A stretch of 64,000 nucleotides of DNA from Vicugna vicugna (GCA_013265495.1 MU059161.1:7525598-7589597); one strand, 5' to 3'; positions 23,650 through 37,145 are shown, counted from the stretch's first letter. Notes: generated from the letters alone by a model not told the origin. Numbers and translations: made by a program.

Positions 23650-24830
23650 TTCTTTATTTTATTTTTTTAGATTAACATACAGTAAAATTGCCCTTTTCTT
23701 GGCATACCTTCTATGGAATTCAGGACATTATAAAATGTAACCACCCCTACAATCTAGATACAGGACAGTTCCATCCCCCTCAAGAAACTCTAATATAGTT
23801 AGACTGTCGATTCAATTTTTTAAAATTGTGGTAAGAACACTTAAGATGGGATCTACCCCTCAACACGTTTTGAAGTGCACAATGCAGTGTAGTTCAGTAC
23901 AGGTGTGGTGCTGGGCAGCAGNNNNNNNNNNNNNNNNNNNNNNNNNNNNNNNNNNNNNNNNNNNNNNNNNNNNNNNNNNNNNNNNNNNNNNNNNNNNNNN
24001 NNNNNNNNNNNNNNNNNNNNNNNNNNNNNNNNNNNNNNNNNNNNNNNNNNNNNAGATACCTTGTATAAGTGGACGTAGTATTTGACCTTCTGTGACTGGC
24101 TTATTTCACTTAGCACAGTGTCCTCCGGGTTGATTCATGTTGTCATATATGGCAGGATTTCCTTTTTAAAGGCTGAATAATATTCCATTATATGTATACA
24201 CGGCATTTTCCTTATTCATCCATCCACCTATGGACACTTAGATGGTTTCTATATCTTGGCTGTTGTGACTAATGCTGCAGGAAACATGTATATCTCTTCA
24301 GAACCCCAGTTCCAATTGTTTTGGGTAAATACCCAGTTGTGGGATTGTTGGATCATATGGTAGTTCTATTTTTAAGTTATTGAAGACCCTCCATACTATT
24401 TTCCATAGTGGTTGCACCAGTTTATATTCCCTGCACAACGGTGTTGGAGGGTTCCCGTTTCTCCACATCCTCACCACACTTGTTATCTTTTGTTTGTTTG
24501 GATAGTAGTCATCGTGACAGGTGTGAGGTGCTATCTCACTGTGGTTTTCATTTGCATTTCCCGGATGATTAGTGACGTTGAGCATCTTTTCATGTACCCG
24601 TTGGCCATCTGTGTGTCTTATTTGGAGAAGTGTCTGTTCAAGTTCTCTGCCCAGTGTTAATTGGGTTGTTTGGTTGTGGGTTTGTTGTTTTGTGTTTTGT
24701 GTGTGTGTGTTTTGTTGTGGAGTTGAAGGAGTTTCTCGTGTATTTTGGGTATTAACTACTTTTCAAATACGTGGTTGGCAAATATTTTCTCCCAGTGAAA
24801 AGGTTGCCTCTTCACCCTGTTGTTTCCTTT
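23650..24830 (-). mobile_element. Antisense L1 fragments: older L1M 3' end (23650-23815) plus L1MA/MB-class 3' region (23816-24830, N-run 23922-24053)
   Basis: tttttaaaattgtggtaagaacacttaagatg...ggcttatttcacttagcacagtgtcc...ttcatttgcatttccc...tatttggagaagtgtctgttcaag; minus-strand ORF 24298-24585 resembles the L1 ORF2 C-terminus (QPLWKIVWR...[10 protein letters not shown]). Confidence 0.85.
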
Positions 24831-25364
24831 ATTCATTCAGTTTTAAAACAGGAAGGCAAGGGTCAGAGCTGGGAAGTGACTGGCCCAGGGCACACAGCTG
24901 AGGAGGTACAGGACTGAGACTTGAACTTGGGTTCACCCTCCAGAGCCAGGGTACTTGACCTTGGTGCCATCCTGCCTCGCTGGTACCCTGACATTGTCGA
25001 TTTTGATGATTCCCCACCAGGTCTTCACTGCCCTCTTCTTTCTTGCTTTCACACCAGGAGCCCCTGACATGTAGAATTTAACCAAAATGTCCCTTGAGAA
25101 CTTTGGGGGCGGAATCTGGTGATATTTGACTTGTTTGGAAGTTTTGCTGGGCCCAAGGGTACCTTCGTGGTGTGGAGCAGCTGTCTCCAAATCTTCAGGG
25201 GAAAGTGCTACGCAGAGGGCCATCCTTTCAGAATGTCTGTCCACACTGCGAATCCCTCCGAGGGCTGCTCCCCTGGAGAACGTGGCCAGGCCGCCCCAGG
25301 AACAGACCTCCACGTTGTCCTCATTCAGATCCCTCTGGATCTGAGTCCCTTCCCCATGTTTCCC

Positions 25365-25560
25365 CATCATGGGACCCTGGACAAGACACTTTGCCTCTGT
25401 GAGCCTCGATTTTCCTCATCTGCAAATTGGGGTGCTCACACTTTCCTTGCAGGGTTTTATGAAGAGGAGGTGGGCTTGTGTGGAATGGGGGATGAGTGTG
25501 CTTAGAAAATGGAATGCATTTCCCTCCGTCTGGCCTGGCCTGGTGGCACTGTCCCCAGGC
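25365..25560 (+). mobile_element. MIR SINE
   Basis: gggaccctggacaagacactttgcctctgtgagcctcgattttcctcatctgcaaattgggg. Confidence 0.75.
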
Positions 25561-27094
25561 TCTCACCGAGCCCTGGTGGACCTCAGCAGAGGGGCATCTG
25601 GAGGGTGGACACGGTAAAACCGGGGCCCCTGGGGGTTGTAGGACCAGTGATGTACTCACATGAAAACACTTGAGTTCGACCCGGAGCTGTACTGCCCTCA
25701 GTGGCACCCACACAGTGACCCCAAACACCAAGGCCTTAATCTATGGTGGGAGAGAAAATGGTCAAATGGTCACACACCCGGATGCCCCCAGGCCGGGGCA
25801 GGTGTGGTGGTGGCAGCTTGGTGTGGGCCGGGGCCCATCTGAGAGCGACGCTCCTTAGGGAAGGGGCGGCTCCCTGTGGCTTGTTGCCCTGCAGATTGCC
25901 CAGTTTTTCAGGAAATGATGAAAATCTGATAAATAGTGTGAAAATCATTAGTAACTGCGTCCAGTTTTATTTTTGTTGAACATTCTGCTGGGCCAAACCA
26001 AAGCCTCCTGAGGGCTGATGATGGCCTGTGGTTGGCAGCGTACAACCTGTGTGTCACACATACCAGTGTGACCCGCAACACGCTAGCCGGGGCTTGGGAT
26101 GGAGCCCCTGGACTCCGGGACGTGATCTGGGGGGCATGGACTTGGAGCCAGAGGCAAAGGAGTGAGGGACCCCCAGGTTCGGGCTGGGGCACTGTTCCTC
26201 CAGGCCTGTCAGCCGGGCTTCCCGCCTTTGGCTGGTGCTGGGATGGCCCCACCAGCCCTGCCCCGGCGCCTCACGTCCCTCTTCAGCAGCCCCAGGGCTG
26301 GCCAGAGCTCAGTTCGAGTGACACTCCCTCCTCCAGATCCTCCAATACCTTCAGGCCTCAGGGTGTCTCTTTCTGGTGACCTCCCAGGGCTGTGCTGTGA
26401 CAACAGTGTTCACAATAGTCCCCATTTATCAAGTGCCAGGCTGAGGCCTTTCTGGGATTCCTTCAGTTCATCGTCACATCGGGTAGGAGCCAGGTGTCGT
26501 TCCCATTTGCCTGATGAGGATCCTGGGCACAGAAGGGACAGGACTTGACCAAGGTGGCACAGACCATGGGCAAGGGAAGCCCTCTGTCTGTGATGCTGGA
26601 GCCGGCCTTCTTAACCACTTGTGTGCCCCGGAGGGCAGTGTTATTGCCTCAATTTGAACCTGGGGGTGGGGGTGCTTCATGGACACCGCTAATGTCAGCT
26701 GCCTTGTAGGGGAAGGGGCTCTGGGTACCTGAGAGGGGGCTGAGCCTGGGTGACCGTTTCCAGGCCTGATTGACACTGTACATCTTTGGGCAGGAGATGA
26801 CTGCCGAACCCCTGCTGGGGACCTGGGCTGGGGGTGCAGTCCTTCCCGTGGGGAGCCGGTGGGGCTGACCATCCTGCCCTTTGTCTGCCTGGTCTCCAGA
26901 GCCCCAGTCAACAGGCCAGGGATGGGCTGGGGTGGCAGAGTCATCTGTTCATTGAACACATTTATTGAGGACCTGCTCTGTACTGGGCACTGTTCTCGAG
27001 CTGGGGCTGTAGCACTGAGCCAGACAGTCAACTCCTGTCCCCCCAGCCACATGGAATTTATGTTTCAGTTCTGGTATTTTTCTTGTCTCTTTTT

Positions 27095-27570
27095 TTAAAT
27101 TAAATACACTTTTAAATTTTGGAATAATTTGGAATTACAGAAAAAGTGTAATAAAGCTAGTTCAGATCCCCCCATCCAGTGTTCCCCCTCGTTCACACAT
27201 ACATCACCACGTCTGTCACAGCTAAGAAACTGACACTGGATGTTATTACTAACGGGACTCCAGACTTTGTTTGGATTTAGCTTGTTTTCTGCTAAGGTCC
27301 TTTTACTGCTCCGGATCCCAGCCAAGATCCCGCGTTGTATTCGGTGGTCACGTCTCCCTAGTCTCTGACTGGGGACGGTTCCTCAGTCTCTCTTGTTCTT
27401 CATGAGCTTGGCAGTCTTGAGAAGCATGTCCGGGTATTATCCTGTGGTTTGACAGATGTTTTCTCATCGTCAGATTGGGTCTCGGGTGGAGAGTCCTTCT
27501 CAGGGCATCCTGTCGGGGGTGCCTGACATCCATGTGACGTCACTGGTGACATTGACCCTTCGTACCTGGA
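27095..27570 (-). mobile_element. L1MC/L1MB-class 3' UTR relic
   Basis: ggaataatttggaattacagaaaaag...gctaagaaactgacactgg...ggtcacgtctccctagtctc. Confidence 0.75.
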
Positions 27571-29659
27571 TCCGGCGGCATGTGCCAGGCTGCCCCTGGA
27601 TCGTTCCTCACTGATCAGCGGTCTTTCTCCCCACCCTCCTCACTATAAGCTGGCCCTCCCACCAGTTTCTAAACTCCCTTGCAGCAGAAGTTCATTTCTT
27701 GCTCTTGCAAAGTCCAGAGGCAGTGGGGATGCTCTGCCCCTCACGCGTACCGAGAGACCCAGCTGCCTTCCGTCTCATGATGCCTCTTTCTCAAGAGTGT
27801 GTAGGACCCTCCCTGAGGCCCAGTGTGTGGAGGGTCTGGACGTGGCACCATCACTTTTGTCCTGAATGGGGGACCTGGCCTCACCCAATTCCAGGGGCAG
27901 CCAGGACATCGGGTCGGGCCGTGGGCCCAGGAGGAAGAGGAAGGGAACGGGCCTTGGTGCGGATAATCACAGCCATATTTTCAGCCTCCCACTCTTCTGG
28001 CTCCATCTCCATAGTTGGGGGGCACATTTCCCAATATGTGTTACTGACTCGATAAACTTTTCTTTCAACTACTCAGTTTTAGAATTTAATGCTTGTTTGC
28101 AAAAGGTAACTTTATAACATCTTTGAAAATGGAAAAATAATATCACCTACCACAGACAGATACAAATCATTGCAGGGTTGTTCATTCTAGCTGGCTGGTG
28201 CCCGCTAAGGTGGCGGCTGGGCCTGTTAAAATGGATGTTAGCAAGTGCTGGAGAGACGAGATGAGAGGCTGACGGCCAGCGAGCCCCACCCTGAGACGGT
28301 CTCTGTGGTGTTCTCGGAACACTCAGATGAGAACTGAACAGGGAACGGCCTCACTGTGAAGTCCAATGCCGTTTAACCACCAGGTCCCCGCAGTGCCTGG
28401 AATCACTCCACACCACACTGGTGGCATAGGGGCCACAATTTGGGAAATACTGGCTTAAGGGACAACCAGCACACCATTTGTGCACAGGCAAATCCAAAAC
28501 CTGGTGCAGGGAGAGAGCGATGAAATCACCCTTCCACCTTGCAGCGCCCATCACTGTATAGTTTGTACCTTGATCTGTGAGGGAGGAATCAATGGTGTCA
28601 CATAACCAGTGGGGAAGTTGAGGCCCAGAGCAGGACACAGCCCTCTCCATCCCCCGCCCCCCGTGCCCTGCAGGGCTTATGGCGTTTCACTGTCCCTGCT
28701 GCCATCTGTGGTCGGGAAAGGCTTCCTGCCCCAGGTGCCACCACACTGGGCGGGTCATGTGTGCTCAAGCTGCTGTCCCATCTCTCTGTTCCTCTCACCC
28801 ATCGCCTGCCTGCTACACGTGACTGTGTTTGCACAGGAATGCCAGCCTCCCAGACTTGCTTCAAGGAGCAGAGAAATCAGAAGGCAGCCCTAGCATCCTC
28901 GGGAACCTGTCACCCATTCACTGGCCCAGTGGGTGACACAAGATTTGTCCAGGGACGGCCTCAGTGGATAGTGTCCCCGGGGAACTGCTTAGCTGCATGC
29001 TGTGGAGGGCGGGGCTCCCCTGATATCCTGGCAGGCCTTTCTGAAGTTGCTCTGTGGCCCTGACTCGGGTGGACTCCACGAATGGTTTGCTCACAGGGCA
29101 GAGGGGTCCAGCTTCCTCTCGTGCTCCTAACTCCCCTCCCCTGATGAGCCAAGTTATCGTAGCACCAGGCCCACCGCCTGGAAACAGGCAGTGTGCCCTG
29201 GATCTCCCAGCGACATGGCCAGAGGGTACTGTTACTCCTGTTGTGGGGATGAGGAGATTGAGGCCCAGGGAAGCGGGGTTCATTTATCCGTTCATGCACT
29301 CATTCAAAGATTTACTGGGGAGGAGTCCTGGGAAAACAGACTGACATTGTCTTTACTGTTATGCAATTTCCCGGGTAGTGGGGAAGGTGTGCTTAATGAC
29401 AGTGAAGAAATAATGGCACAAATATTTTCCACTGTGGTGAGGACTGAGAGGGAAGGAAACGGAGGCAAGGAGTGTGCAGAGGAGGAGCTGACTGGAGCAG
29501 CTTGGCCAACTCATGCCCTTCCTCCAAAAAGACATTCCCAGACTGCTTCTTTGGTCTTATTTGGGTCCTCCCCCCCCCCCGCCCCTTCCCTGGCTGTGCC
29601 GTGTCATCACACCTGGATCTGTCCTTTAGATCCCTTAGCGCACTTGCAGTGATCTGTAT

Positions 29660-29830
29660 GTGCTGTTTGTCCTTGAACATCTGTCTGTCTGTCTCGATGG
29701 CGTCCAAGCTCTTGAGAGCAGGGACTGAATCTGTTTGCTGCTCATCACTGGCTCCTGGTGCCGAGCCCGGGGTCTGTACGCAGCAGGTGCTCAGTAAATT
29801 TTTATTAAGTAAAGGAATGAGAGAAGGGCT
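29660..29830 (+). mobile_element. L2 3' end
   Basis: caagctcttgagagcagggactg...gcagcaggtgctcagtaaattt...aggaatga. Confidence 0.75.
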
Positions 29831-30789
29831 AGTCAAGCTGGAATCAGATCCCAAGTTCGTGAAGGTGGGGCCCATGCTCCACTGACCTCGCACCTCCCAC
29901 CTCCCATGAAACAGCTCAGAACCCCAAACAAGATGAGACCCCCCCAGATCTGGCAGAGGGGTCCAGGTAGTCTGGGATCAGGTGCTTCGTGGCCATCTCT
30001 TATTGTGTTTGGAAGATGTTTTCAGTTTTCTTCTAAGAGTGTAAGTGTCTCAGAAAGGATTTATTTCTCTAGTAGTGGGAATGGAAAATGTTCCCTACTG
30101 AATGGGTCCTGCGGATTGGGAAATCAGACGTCGCTCAGGCCCTGCCCAAAGTGGGAGTGGGTAGCCAGCTGCCCGTCCCAACAGGAGGCTCCGAGCACCC
30201 CTCCCCACTACTAGTTCCACTTGCTTGAAATGGCCTGTTAGTCCCTGAAATCTGAGGTGGGGACCTGGGAGGGAGCAGACTCTGACATTCTACCTTCACC
30301 CCACCCAGAGGCCCAGGCCTAATTGTTCCCCTTTTGAGAAGACAGAGGCTCAGAGAGGTTGAGGGCTAGGCCCAGAGCCACACAGCTGGCAAAGTAACAG
30401 CCAGCCCCTGAAGTCAAGACTTTCTGCCCCCTAGAAAGTGATAGTTTCTGTTAGATCACCTGACCCTGGAGAGCCAAGTGGCCTGGTTTTCAGTTTCAGT
30501 GAAACGATTCTGTTCTCTCCAGAACTGGCAGATTTCCCTAATCTCCTGGGTCCTGCCCTGCCTCCTACCTCCCAGCCCCAGGTCCGGTCCAGTTGGGCCT
30601 GGGAATCTACGTCTTTTAGAGTGTCCTCAGTAATTCTTAGGAACCAGGAAACTGGGGAAACCCTGAGGAAGGGACCACCATTGTGACTCAGGTGTAATTC
30701 TGGGACTGAGCACCACAAGTCTTAATTAACTTCATTAATAAGGATTATCATGAATGCATGACATGGGGTTTAAAAGTTTAGAAAGCCCT

Positions 30790-30900
30790 TAGAAGACTCT
30801 AAACCTATTACCTTATTCAGTTCTCACAACAAACCCAGGAAGTAGGGGCTTTTATGTCTCCCATTTTACAGATGAGAAAACTGAGGTGGGGTGGTTCGTC
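30790..30900 (-). mobile_element. MIR SINE
   Basis: tctcacaacaaacccaggaagtagg...tcccattttacagatgagaaaactgagg. Confidence 0.8.
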
Positions 30901-31374
30901 CCATTGTTCGTATGTTCTCAGGTTCCGGGCTGATAAGAATCTGTAAACACAGGGGCTGGCAGGTCCTTAAGATGAATGGAGCCAGCCCCTTCATTTTGGA
31001 GCTGGGGAACCCACCCCGATTCACCCCGCAAGCCAGGTGACTAGGGCTCTTCTCCTCTCTCGGACCCGAATGACTTTCCCCAAGCAGGCTTCAGTTGGCT
31101 GAGCCTCACAACTCGGTCACACTCAAAACCAGGTGGTTTGTCAGAGCTGAGTTAACCCTGAGTCAAAGGAGGAATGAGAGGGTTCACCCACCCGCCTCTT
31201 TCCTGCCCCGCCCCACCTGCCCCTCCCTGGGTCAGGCCCCTCACAGTGGGGTCACACAGACACGTCACCCTCCTTGGACCTCTGCCTGCCCCCACACTCA
31301 CTGGAGCATGAAGAGTCAGCCACCCGGGACTCAGCTTGTCCCAGAGCCACTGTTGCGAGCTGCCAGGCAGACCT

Positions 31375-31530
31375 GGGACAGCTGGGCTTTGGAGCCTGGC
31401 GCACCTGGGAACCAATCCTGGTGCGTCCACCCATTTGCTGTGTGACCTTGGGCAGCTCACTTCACCTCTCTGAGCCTACTTTCTGGTCTACAAATGGGGA
31501 CATGAACCGTGACTCCACACACCTCTCACA
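31375..31530 (+). mobile_element. MIR SINE
   Basis: ttgctgtgtgaccttgggcagctcacttcacctctctgagcc...acaaatgggga. Confidence 0.8.
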
Positions 31531-31619
31531 GCTGTTGCCTCATAGTAGCTCCTATTTCGGTGACATGGCCCCTCTGCTTCCTTCCCCCGTTTATGAAACT
31601 TCCTGACAGACTTGACCTA

Positions 31620-31800
31620 AAGCAGGGATTGTAAACTGCTAGTGTTGAGGGTTGATTTCTGCCCAGTCACAGGTGTGATTATTTGGTCCTCACGTTTAAA
31701 AAAATGTTAAGTTAAATGCCAGCATTTCAAATTAGATTTCACATGAAAATCTGGGTTTCTAGTGCCTCTGGAAGAATGGGGCTCCCTGGCCTCCCTGGCC
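31620..31800. mobile_element. MER103-like hAT-Charlie relic
   Basis: cagggattgtaaactg...aaatgccagcatttcaaattagatttcacatgaaaatctgggtttc; related copy at about 48530-48700. Confidence 0.5.
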
Positions 31801-33276
31801 AAAAGGAAAAGAATCAGAATCAAAAAAAAAAAAAAAAAAGAATCAGAATCAGGTGTATCGTCATCATTTGGTTTGGGGGGCAGTGTTGTATTTCTCATGT
31901 CTCCCCCTTAACCCCAGTGCTTAAAGATTCTCTAAGACCACCCCATGGGGAAGGAGTAGAGATGAGGAGAGTGAGACTCAGAAATCGTTTTTAATTTTTT
32001 GAAACGCTAGCGCCGCCTGCCCGGGTGCCATGTGCCAGTGTTTTTACCTGCAGGACCTGGATCAGGCTGGCCAGTGGCATCTAACTCAGACCATGTCCTC
32101 ACAGGGTTTTTCTACAGGCCTCATGCCCACAGTGGACACCAGGCACCTCGACAGGGAGGTCTCCCTTTGGAAGGAGCCAGTGGGGTGGAGAGGGGGGTTA
32201 AGCGGTAGAGACCAGGGTTAAGAGCTTGGTGTCCGAGCCTTCCACCGCGCTGTCAGCGCTTCGCCCTGCCTTGGCCGCTCTGGGTCCCCAGCGTCTAGGT
32301 CAGTGATGGGCATGCTGAAAAAAACGTGTCGTATAGTGAATGAGCAGTCTCCCTGGTTTGAACCACTGGTTTGTCACCCGCGTCATCAGCGGGGGTGGTG
32401 ACAGTACCTTACTCCCAGGTGACAGCAGAACTTGAATGAGAACACTTGGCTAAGTTGCTCTGCGTGGCACCCCACTGTGGTAACCGCCAGCCACGTGGCT
32501 GTGACTAGTGTGTAGTTTGCACAGGTGTTTCTGTGCCTGAGCCTTGAGTCTGGCCACCACTCGGGACTCTGGCCCTGCAGGTGACGATGTTACAGCCGTC
32601 ATTTGAGAATCTTCCTGCACACGCTGGCCGTAACAGCCCAGAGGAGAGCGGGCAGGCAGGCTTGGCCAAGGGAGAGGACCTCTGAAGAGAGCCACTCGTT
32701 TGTCAAAGAAGCCCCCGTGTGTGCAAGTGTGCGTACGTATGTGCATGTGTGTGACACTGTGGGTGTGTTTGCTGAAGTCCCACGAGGTGGCCGTCCCTGC
32801 CCCAGCCGGTGTCACATCCGGGGTGTCCTAGCGTGGGACATGGGCTGTGGACTCGGTGTCCACCCGCTCACAGGCTTAACCGGTTCGCCATGTGCTGCTG
32901 TTGCACAGAAGACGTGATAGTAGGAACGTGCCCCGGGCCCTGCAGGCTCTGTGACGTGTGAGCGACTCCTGGGTCTGCTGCAGCCTCAGGTTTGGAAGCT
33001 GCCAGAAGGATCCCGGCTGCAACCCCCACAGCGGTGTGTGCGGGCCTTCAGAGTCCCTTTCTAGCCCTGAGGGCTCCGGGAGTGGAAGTGGAGGGGCTGG
33101 TCAGGCTGCCCAGAGCGTCTTCCTCGGTAGAACCTTCTGCCGGTTACCTGTTAGCTGTTTTCAGGACGCATACCCAGCACTTCCCTCCTGTGAAAACCCC
33201 AGTGGCTCTGTTGGGAAGAAGTCACCCCTTTCACGGATGGTAGGACTGAAGCCCAAGGGAGTCAGTCTGTTCAGCT

Positions 33277-33420
33277 CACTGGGGCAATTTGCTGGTTCAA
33301 ATGCAGATTCCCATGGCCCCACCAAGAGAGTGTCATGTGGGGAATCAGGGCCCTGGCCTCTATGTTTTTAAGCCACCTCTCTGGAGGCGTTGTAATGATC
33401 AGGAGGTGGGAAACCCAAGC
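33277..33420. mobile_element. MER5-type hAT-Charlie relic
   Basis: ctggggcaatttgctggttcaaatgcagattcccatggcccc...gaatcagggccctggcctctatgtttttaag. Confidence 0.65.
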
Positions 33421-34109
33421 CGGGACTCTGGGCTTGTGCTCTGGCCCTGCTGTTTGCTCAGTTGGCCAGATCATTCACTTCTGTGGGCTTTGTCAGTTTC
33501 CTCTGCTGTGGGATGTGGGGAGTAAGTGGTACCCGCCTTGGAGCGTGGTTGTGAAATTCTGTACATTCTTGGGGCTCAGGGAGTATTGATTTGTTGCTAT
33601 CATTACACTTGAGATTTGTTACAAAAACAATTTAAGAAACAGAAAAGATATCTGTGTGTGTGATGTACAGGAGAGTCTTCCCATCTCGTTTGAATTGGAA
33701 GTCTCAGGATGCTGGAATCAGGGTCCCTCTGCCCCCATTTTAGAGATGAAACCACTGAGGGGGAGATTGGACTTGCGAAGTCCCATGGAGGTGGCTGCCT
33801 TGGGTCGGGGCAGCCGTGGGCTGGAGTGTCACAGGTCACCGCACCCCTACCTTCACCTCTCCCGAGTGACGTTTCTCAGAACACCAGGAAGCACCTCTGG
33901 GCAGGGATGGTGACGCTGGTTTCCAGGAGGGCAGTGGGGGCAAGAGAGGAAGCACAGCCACGTGCCTCCCAGACTTGGTCTGGCTCCAGGGAACACAGCT
34001 TCCAGTGATCGCCTCACTTCTCCACTGGTGGCTCTGCTGGGCCAGAAGTTCCCCCTAGAGCTTGTCTGCTGAGATGCTCTCAGTCCCAGCCAGCGCTCTG
34101 CTCGCTCAT

Positions 34110-34420
34110 TTGCTCACTCATTCACGTCACAGTTAAATGCTGAGCACCTGCCATGTGCCAGGCGCTGTGCTGGCACTGGGTACCAAGATGAATACCACGG
34201 AGACGGTACCTACTCTCATGGAGGGGCCGTTCCAACAACGAAGATGGACAGTAAGCGATTAAGAGTTATCTGAGCAAGAACGCCCAGGGATCTCAGGGGA
34301 TACTCTGATCTAACTTGGTGCGAGGTCCGGAGAGGCCCTCCCCAGAGTGCCACCTGGAGGCCTTGAGATGAGCAGAGCTGGGTGGATGCCCGGGCCAGGG
34401 TTCCAGGCCCCACCAGAGGC
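34110..34420 (-). mobile_element. L2 fragment
   Basis: ctcattcacgtcacagttaaatgctgagcacctgccatgtgccaggcgctgtgctggcactggg...ggccttgagatgagcagag. Confidence 0.75.
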
Positions 34421-35844
34421 AGAGGCAGCTGTGAATTGTCAGCACTCAGCGAACTGGCTGGAGAACGCATCATGGGTGCAGTAGGGGGCGTGCCCGTGAC
34501 CTTCAGCACAATGAGGACAGGGGTGAGCGGGGAGCTGCGTTCTGTTTGTGTTGTGGGCGGCACCCAAGTCTGTGCTGCAGAGACAGGCCTGGGTGCAGGT
34601 GGCAGGGGCCAGGCCAGCAGCCACTGGCTCTTACAGTGTCCTGTCATTCTGCCAAGAGGCCTCTTTGATTCATATTTTCCATGTGGACTTGATGTTTTAG
34701 AAATGCTGACCTTCAACTAATCAAATGTCACTTATTAAATTGCAAGTCATATCCTATTCAATTTACAAAAAGGACAATGGACCGGTGACTGAGTTCATGG
34801 CCTGTGGGCAGGAGGGAACTCGACAGACCTTGAGGCCGGAGAAGAGGCAGGTGCCTTATCAGTGACCCCCACCACCATCCCTGTATCCCCAGGGGGTGGG
34901 CAGTGTGTCTGTTCTGTGAGAAGCTGGACTGACGGTGAGGGTGGGTTAGCAGCCAGACTGGAGGAGCCATGACGAGGCTGGAATGCCCGGTCCAGGAAGG
35001 TGGACTTGAGTTCTACCTCAAAAGAAGCAGAGTCATCTTAGAAAGGTGAGGTCAGCTCATATGGGCTGGACTAGAAAAGAAGACAAAAGACAGAACGTGC
35101 ACAAGCAAGGAGTGAACTGGGGGGGCACTTGAGAGATGAGTTGAGGTGGGGTCGGGGAACGGATGGCATTCTGGGTGAGGGGCTCTGCAGCCTGATGAGA
35201 TTGGGAGGCAAGGATAGCAGAGTGGGGAAAGGCAGCGGATATGGCAGGCATGTGAGGTGGGCCTAGTTTGTGGACCATCCAGAGGAACTCAGCTTGGGGT
35301 CTGCACGTGCTGCATCAGGCAGTGGGGAGCCACAGCAGGTTCTTGAGCAGGGATGGTGCTTAGGAGGGAGAGAGGGATCGAGTGACTATAAAACTCTAGG
35401 CACGGACTAAGGGAAACTGAAAACCCATTGGCTTGGATTGATGTGTTTCCCAAAGAGAGCAGGGCAGCGTTCTCCCTGATTCTCCCTGACGGGATGACTG
35501 CTCCTTATTCACGCCCTCGAGGAGACAGAAGACAAGACTGTGGAGGCCAACCTGAGACTGAATCCATGCATCCAGAATGCCTAAAGCACATTACAGACAG
35601 ACGGGCAGCAGTGGGAATTGTAGCCAAGGGTTGGGGCCCCTGAAATCCCCACAGCAGGAAATGCACAGTTGGGGCATTTAAAAGTCTTTTAGAAAGTAGC
35701 ACTGGGGTCCCAAAGCCATTAGTGGACCTTAGGGACCTGCTGATGTTTGCTGAAGTTCACTGGAATAGCACAGTGAAGACACTGAAGACTGAAGACAGTA
35801 AAGAGACTTAAGATGCATTGAGCATCTTAAATTAGGAATAACAG

Positions 35845-35990
35845 GAACTTCTCTCAGCTTCAGTTTCCTCATCTGTAAAATGGTCCTAACCATAGTGCCT
35901 GCTTCCTACGGCTCTTCTGAGGGTTAAATGGACTGAGGCAGGTGAGACTTGGCTGGGGTAGGTTCTCAGCTGATAGCTTGCAATGGTCCA
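35845..35990 (+). mobile_element. MIR SINE
   Basis: cttcagtttcctcatctgtaaaatggtcc...gagggttaaatg. Confidence 0.8.
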
Positions 35991-36224
35991 GTTCATTTCC
36001 TCTCACCGTCCTTACCCGCTAAGAGCATGAGCATCTCTGCTCCAGCAGTTTCAGGGAGATGCCTGTACATTTGTCTCTCTCTCTCTTTTTTTTTTTTTTT
36101 GCAGGGATTCCTGGTATAAGAGACCCTCCCTATTTGATCTAGAAATAGACTAAAGTCTGGACTGTTCATTGTGTGCCGCAACGAGCAGTCATAGCCCTGA
36201 CCCCACTCCTTCCCCACTGTGGGG

Positions 36225-36350
36225 GTCTCAGGCACATCCTTCATCTCCCTGGGACTCAGTTTCCTCACCTGTAACAATGGGCAGGTCATAGCCGCCCCAC
36301 CCAAGCATTGTGTGAAGCAAGATGAGACAGTGTCCATGAATTGTCAGCAA
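36225..36350 (+). mobile_element. MIR SINE
   Basis: ctcagtttcctcacctgtaacaatgggc...ttgtgtgaagcaagatgagac. Confidence 0.75.
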
Positions 36351-36479
36351 GTCCTCCCCCAAGGCCGTCGGATCACTGAGCCCGCTCCTCCTGGGGTCCC
36401 AGGAACCCCCAGGCAGCCCTCATCTATCCCCGTCTGCTCTCTGCTGTACTTGCCTTTTCACTGTTCATCCCCTGGGCTG

Positions 36480-36985
36480 TTTGTTCGTTCACTCACTCAC
36501 TCACTCATTATGCACAAACATTTATGCTGGTCATTGTACCAGGCACTGGGTGGGGATCCGGTGGTAAATGAGAACGATACAGCTCTACTGTTGTGGAGTC
36601 TTCATTCTCAGCAGTTAAATCGAACATCCAGTTAAATTTGTACCAACAGTCGGCATGAGGGTGGTGAAAGAAAAACACTGGGGGGTCTGGGGCCGAGTCT
36701 TCCAGAGGTCACGGGAGACCTCACTGCGGTGACGTTTGAGTGGCTGTCTGGAAGGTGCTGAGGGTTCACTAGGGAGGTGGAGGGAACAGCACGGGCAAAG
36801 GCCCTGAGGTGGGGAGGTCACATTGTCCAGGTGGAAGTGGCTGCAGGACAGAGCCGGCGAGAGCCTGGGCTGGAAGAGTCAGCTGGGCCAGGCCATGAGA
36901 GGGCCTCATAGGGCATGATTAGGAATGTGACCTTTGTCCTAAGAAGCCTTCAGCCCTTGAGGTGTTTTAAGCAGATCTTGGTGAA
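36480..36985 (-). mobile_element. L2 fragment
   Basis: cactcactcattatgcacaaacattt...gaacagcacgggcaaaggccctgaggtggg...gggccaggccatgagagggcctc...gaggtgttttaagcag. Confidence 0.8.
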
Positions 36986-37145
36986 GAGCTCACTGGCCTG
37001 AAGGGGAAGCACAGCAGGTAAGAGCCTCCGGCGGAGTCAGAGCGAGGGCGGTGATGGTCCGCACGGCTGCACACCCCAGGGCCTTTCATCACACGCTGGA
37101 GCAGCAACTCGTGACTTGCACTTAGCGAGACCAGCATCCTTGTAT

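Noticed and set aside
27590-27611. Near-identical 22-mer gctg(c/t)ccct(g)gatcgttcctcac also at about 42330-42351
   Set aside because: With one mismatch and one indel, a match of this size is near chance expectation for all pairwise positions in 64 kb
36974-37023. Cryptic exon ending at strong donor CAG|GTAAGA (37017/37018)
   Set aside because: The upstream acceptors lack a decent pyrimidine tract; isolated strong donors are common in long introns
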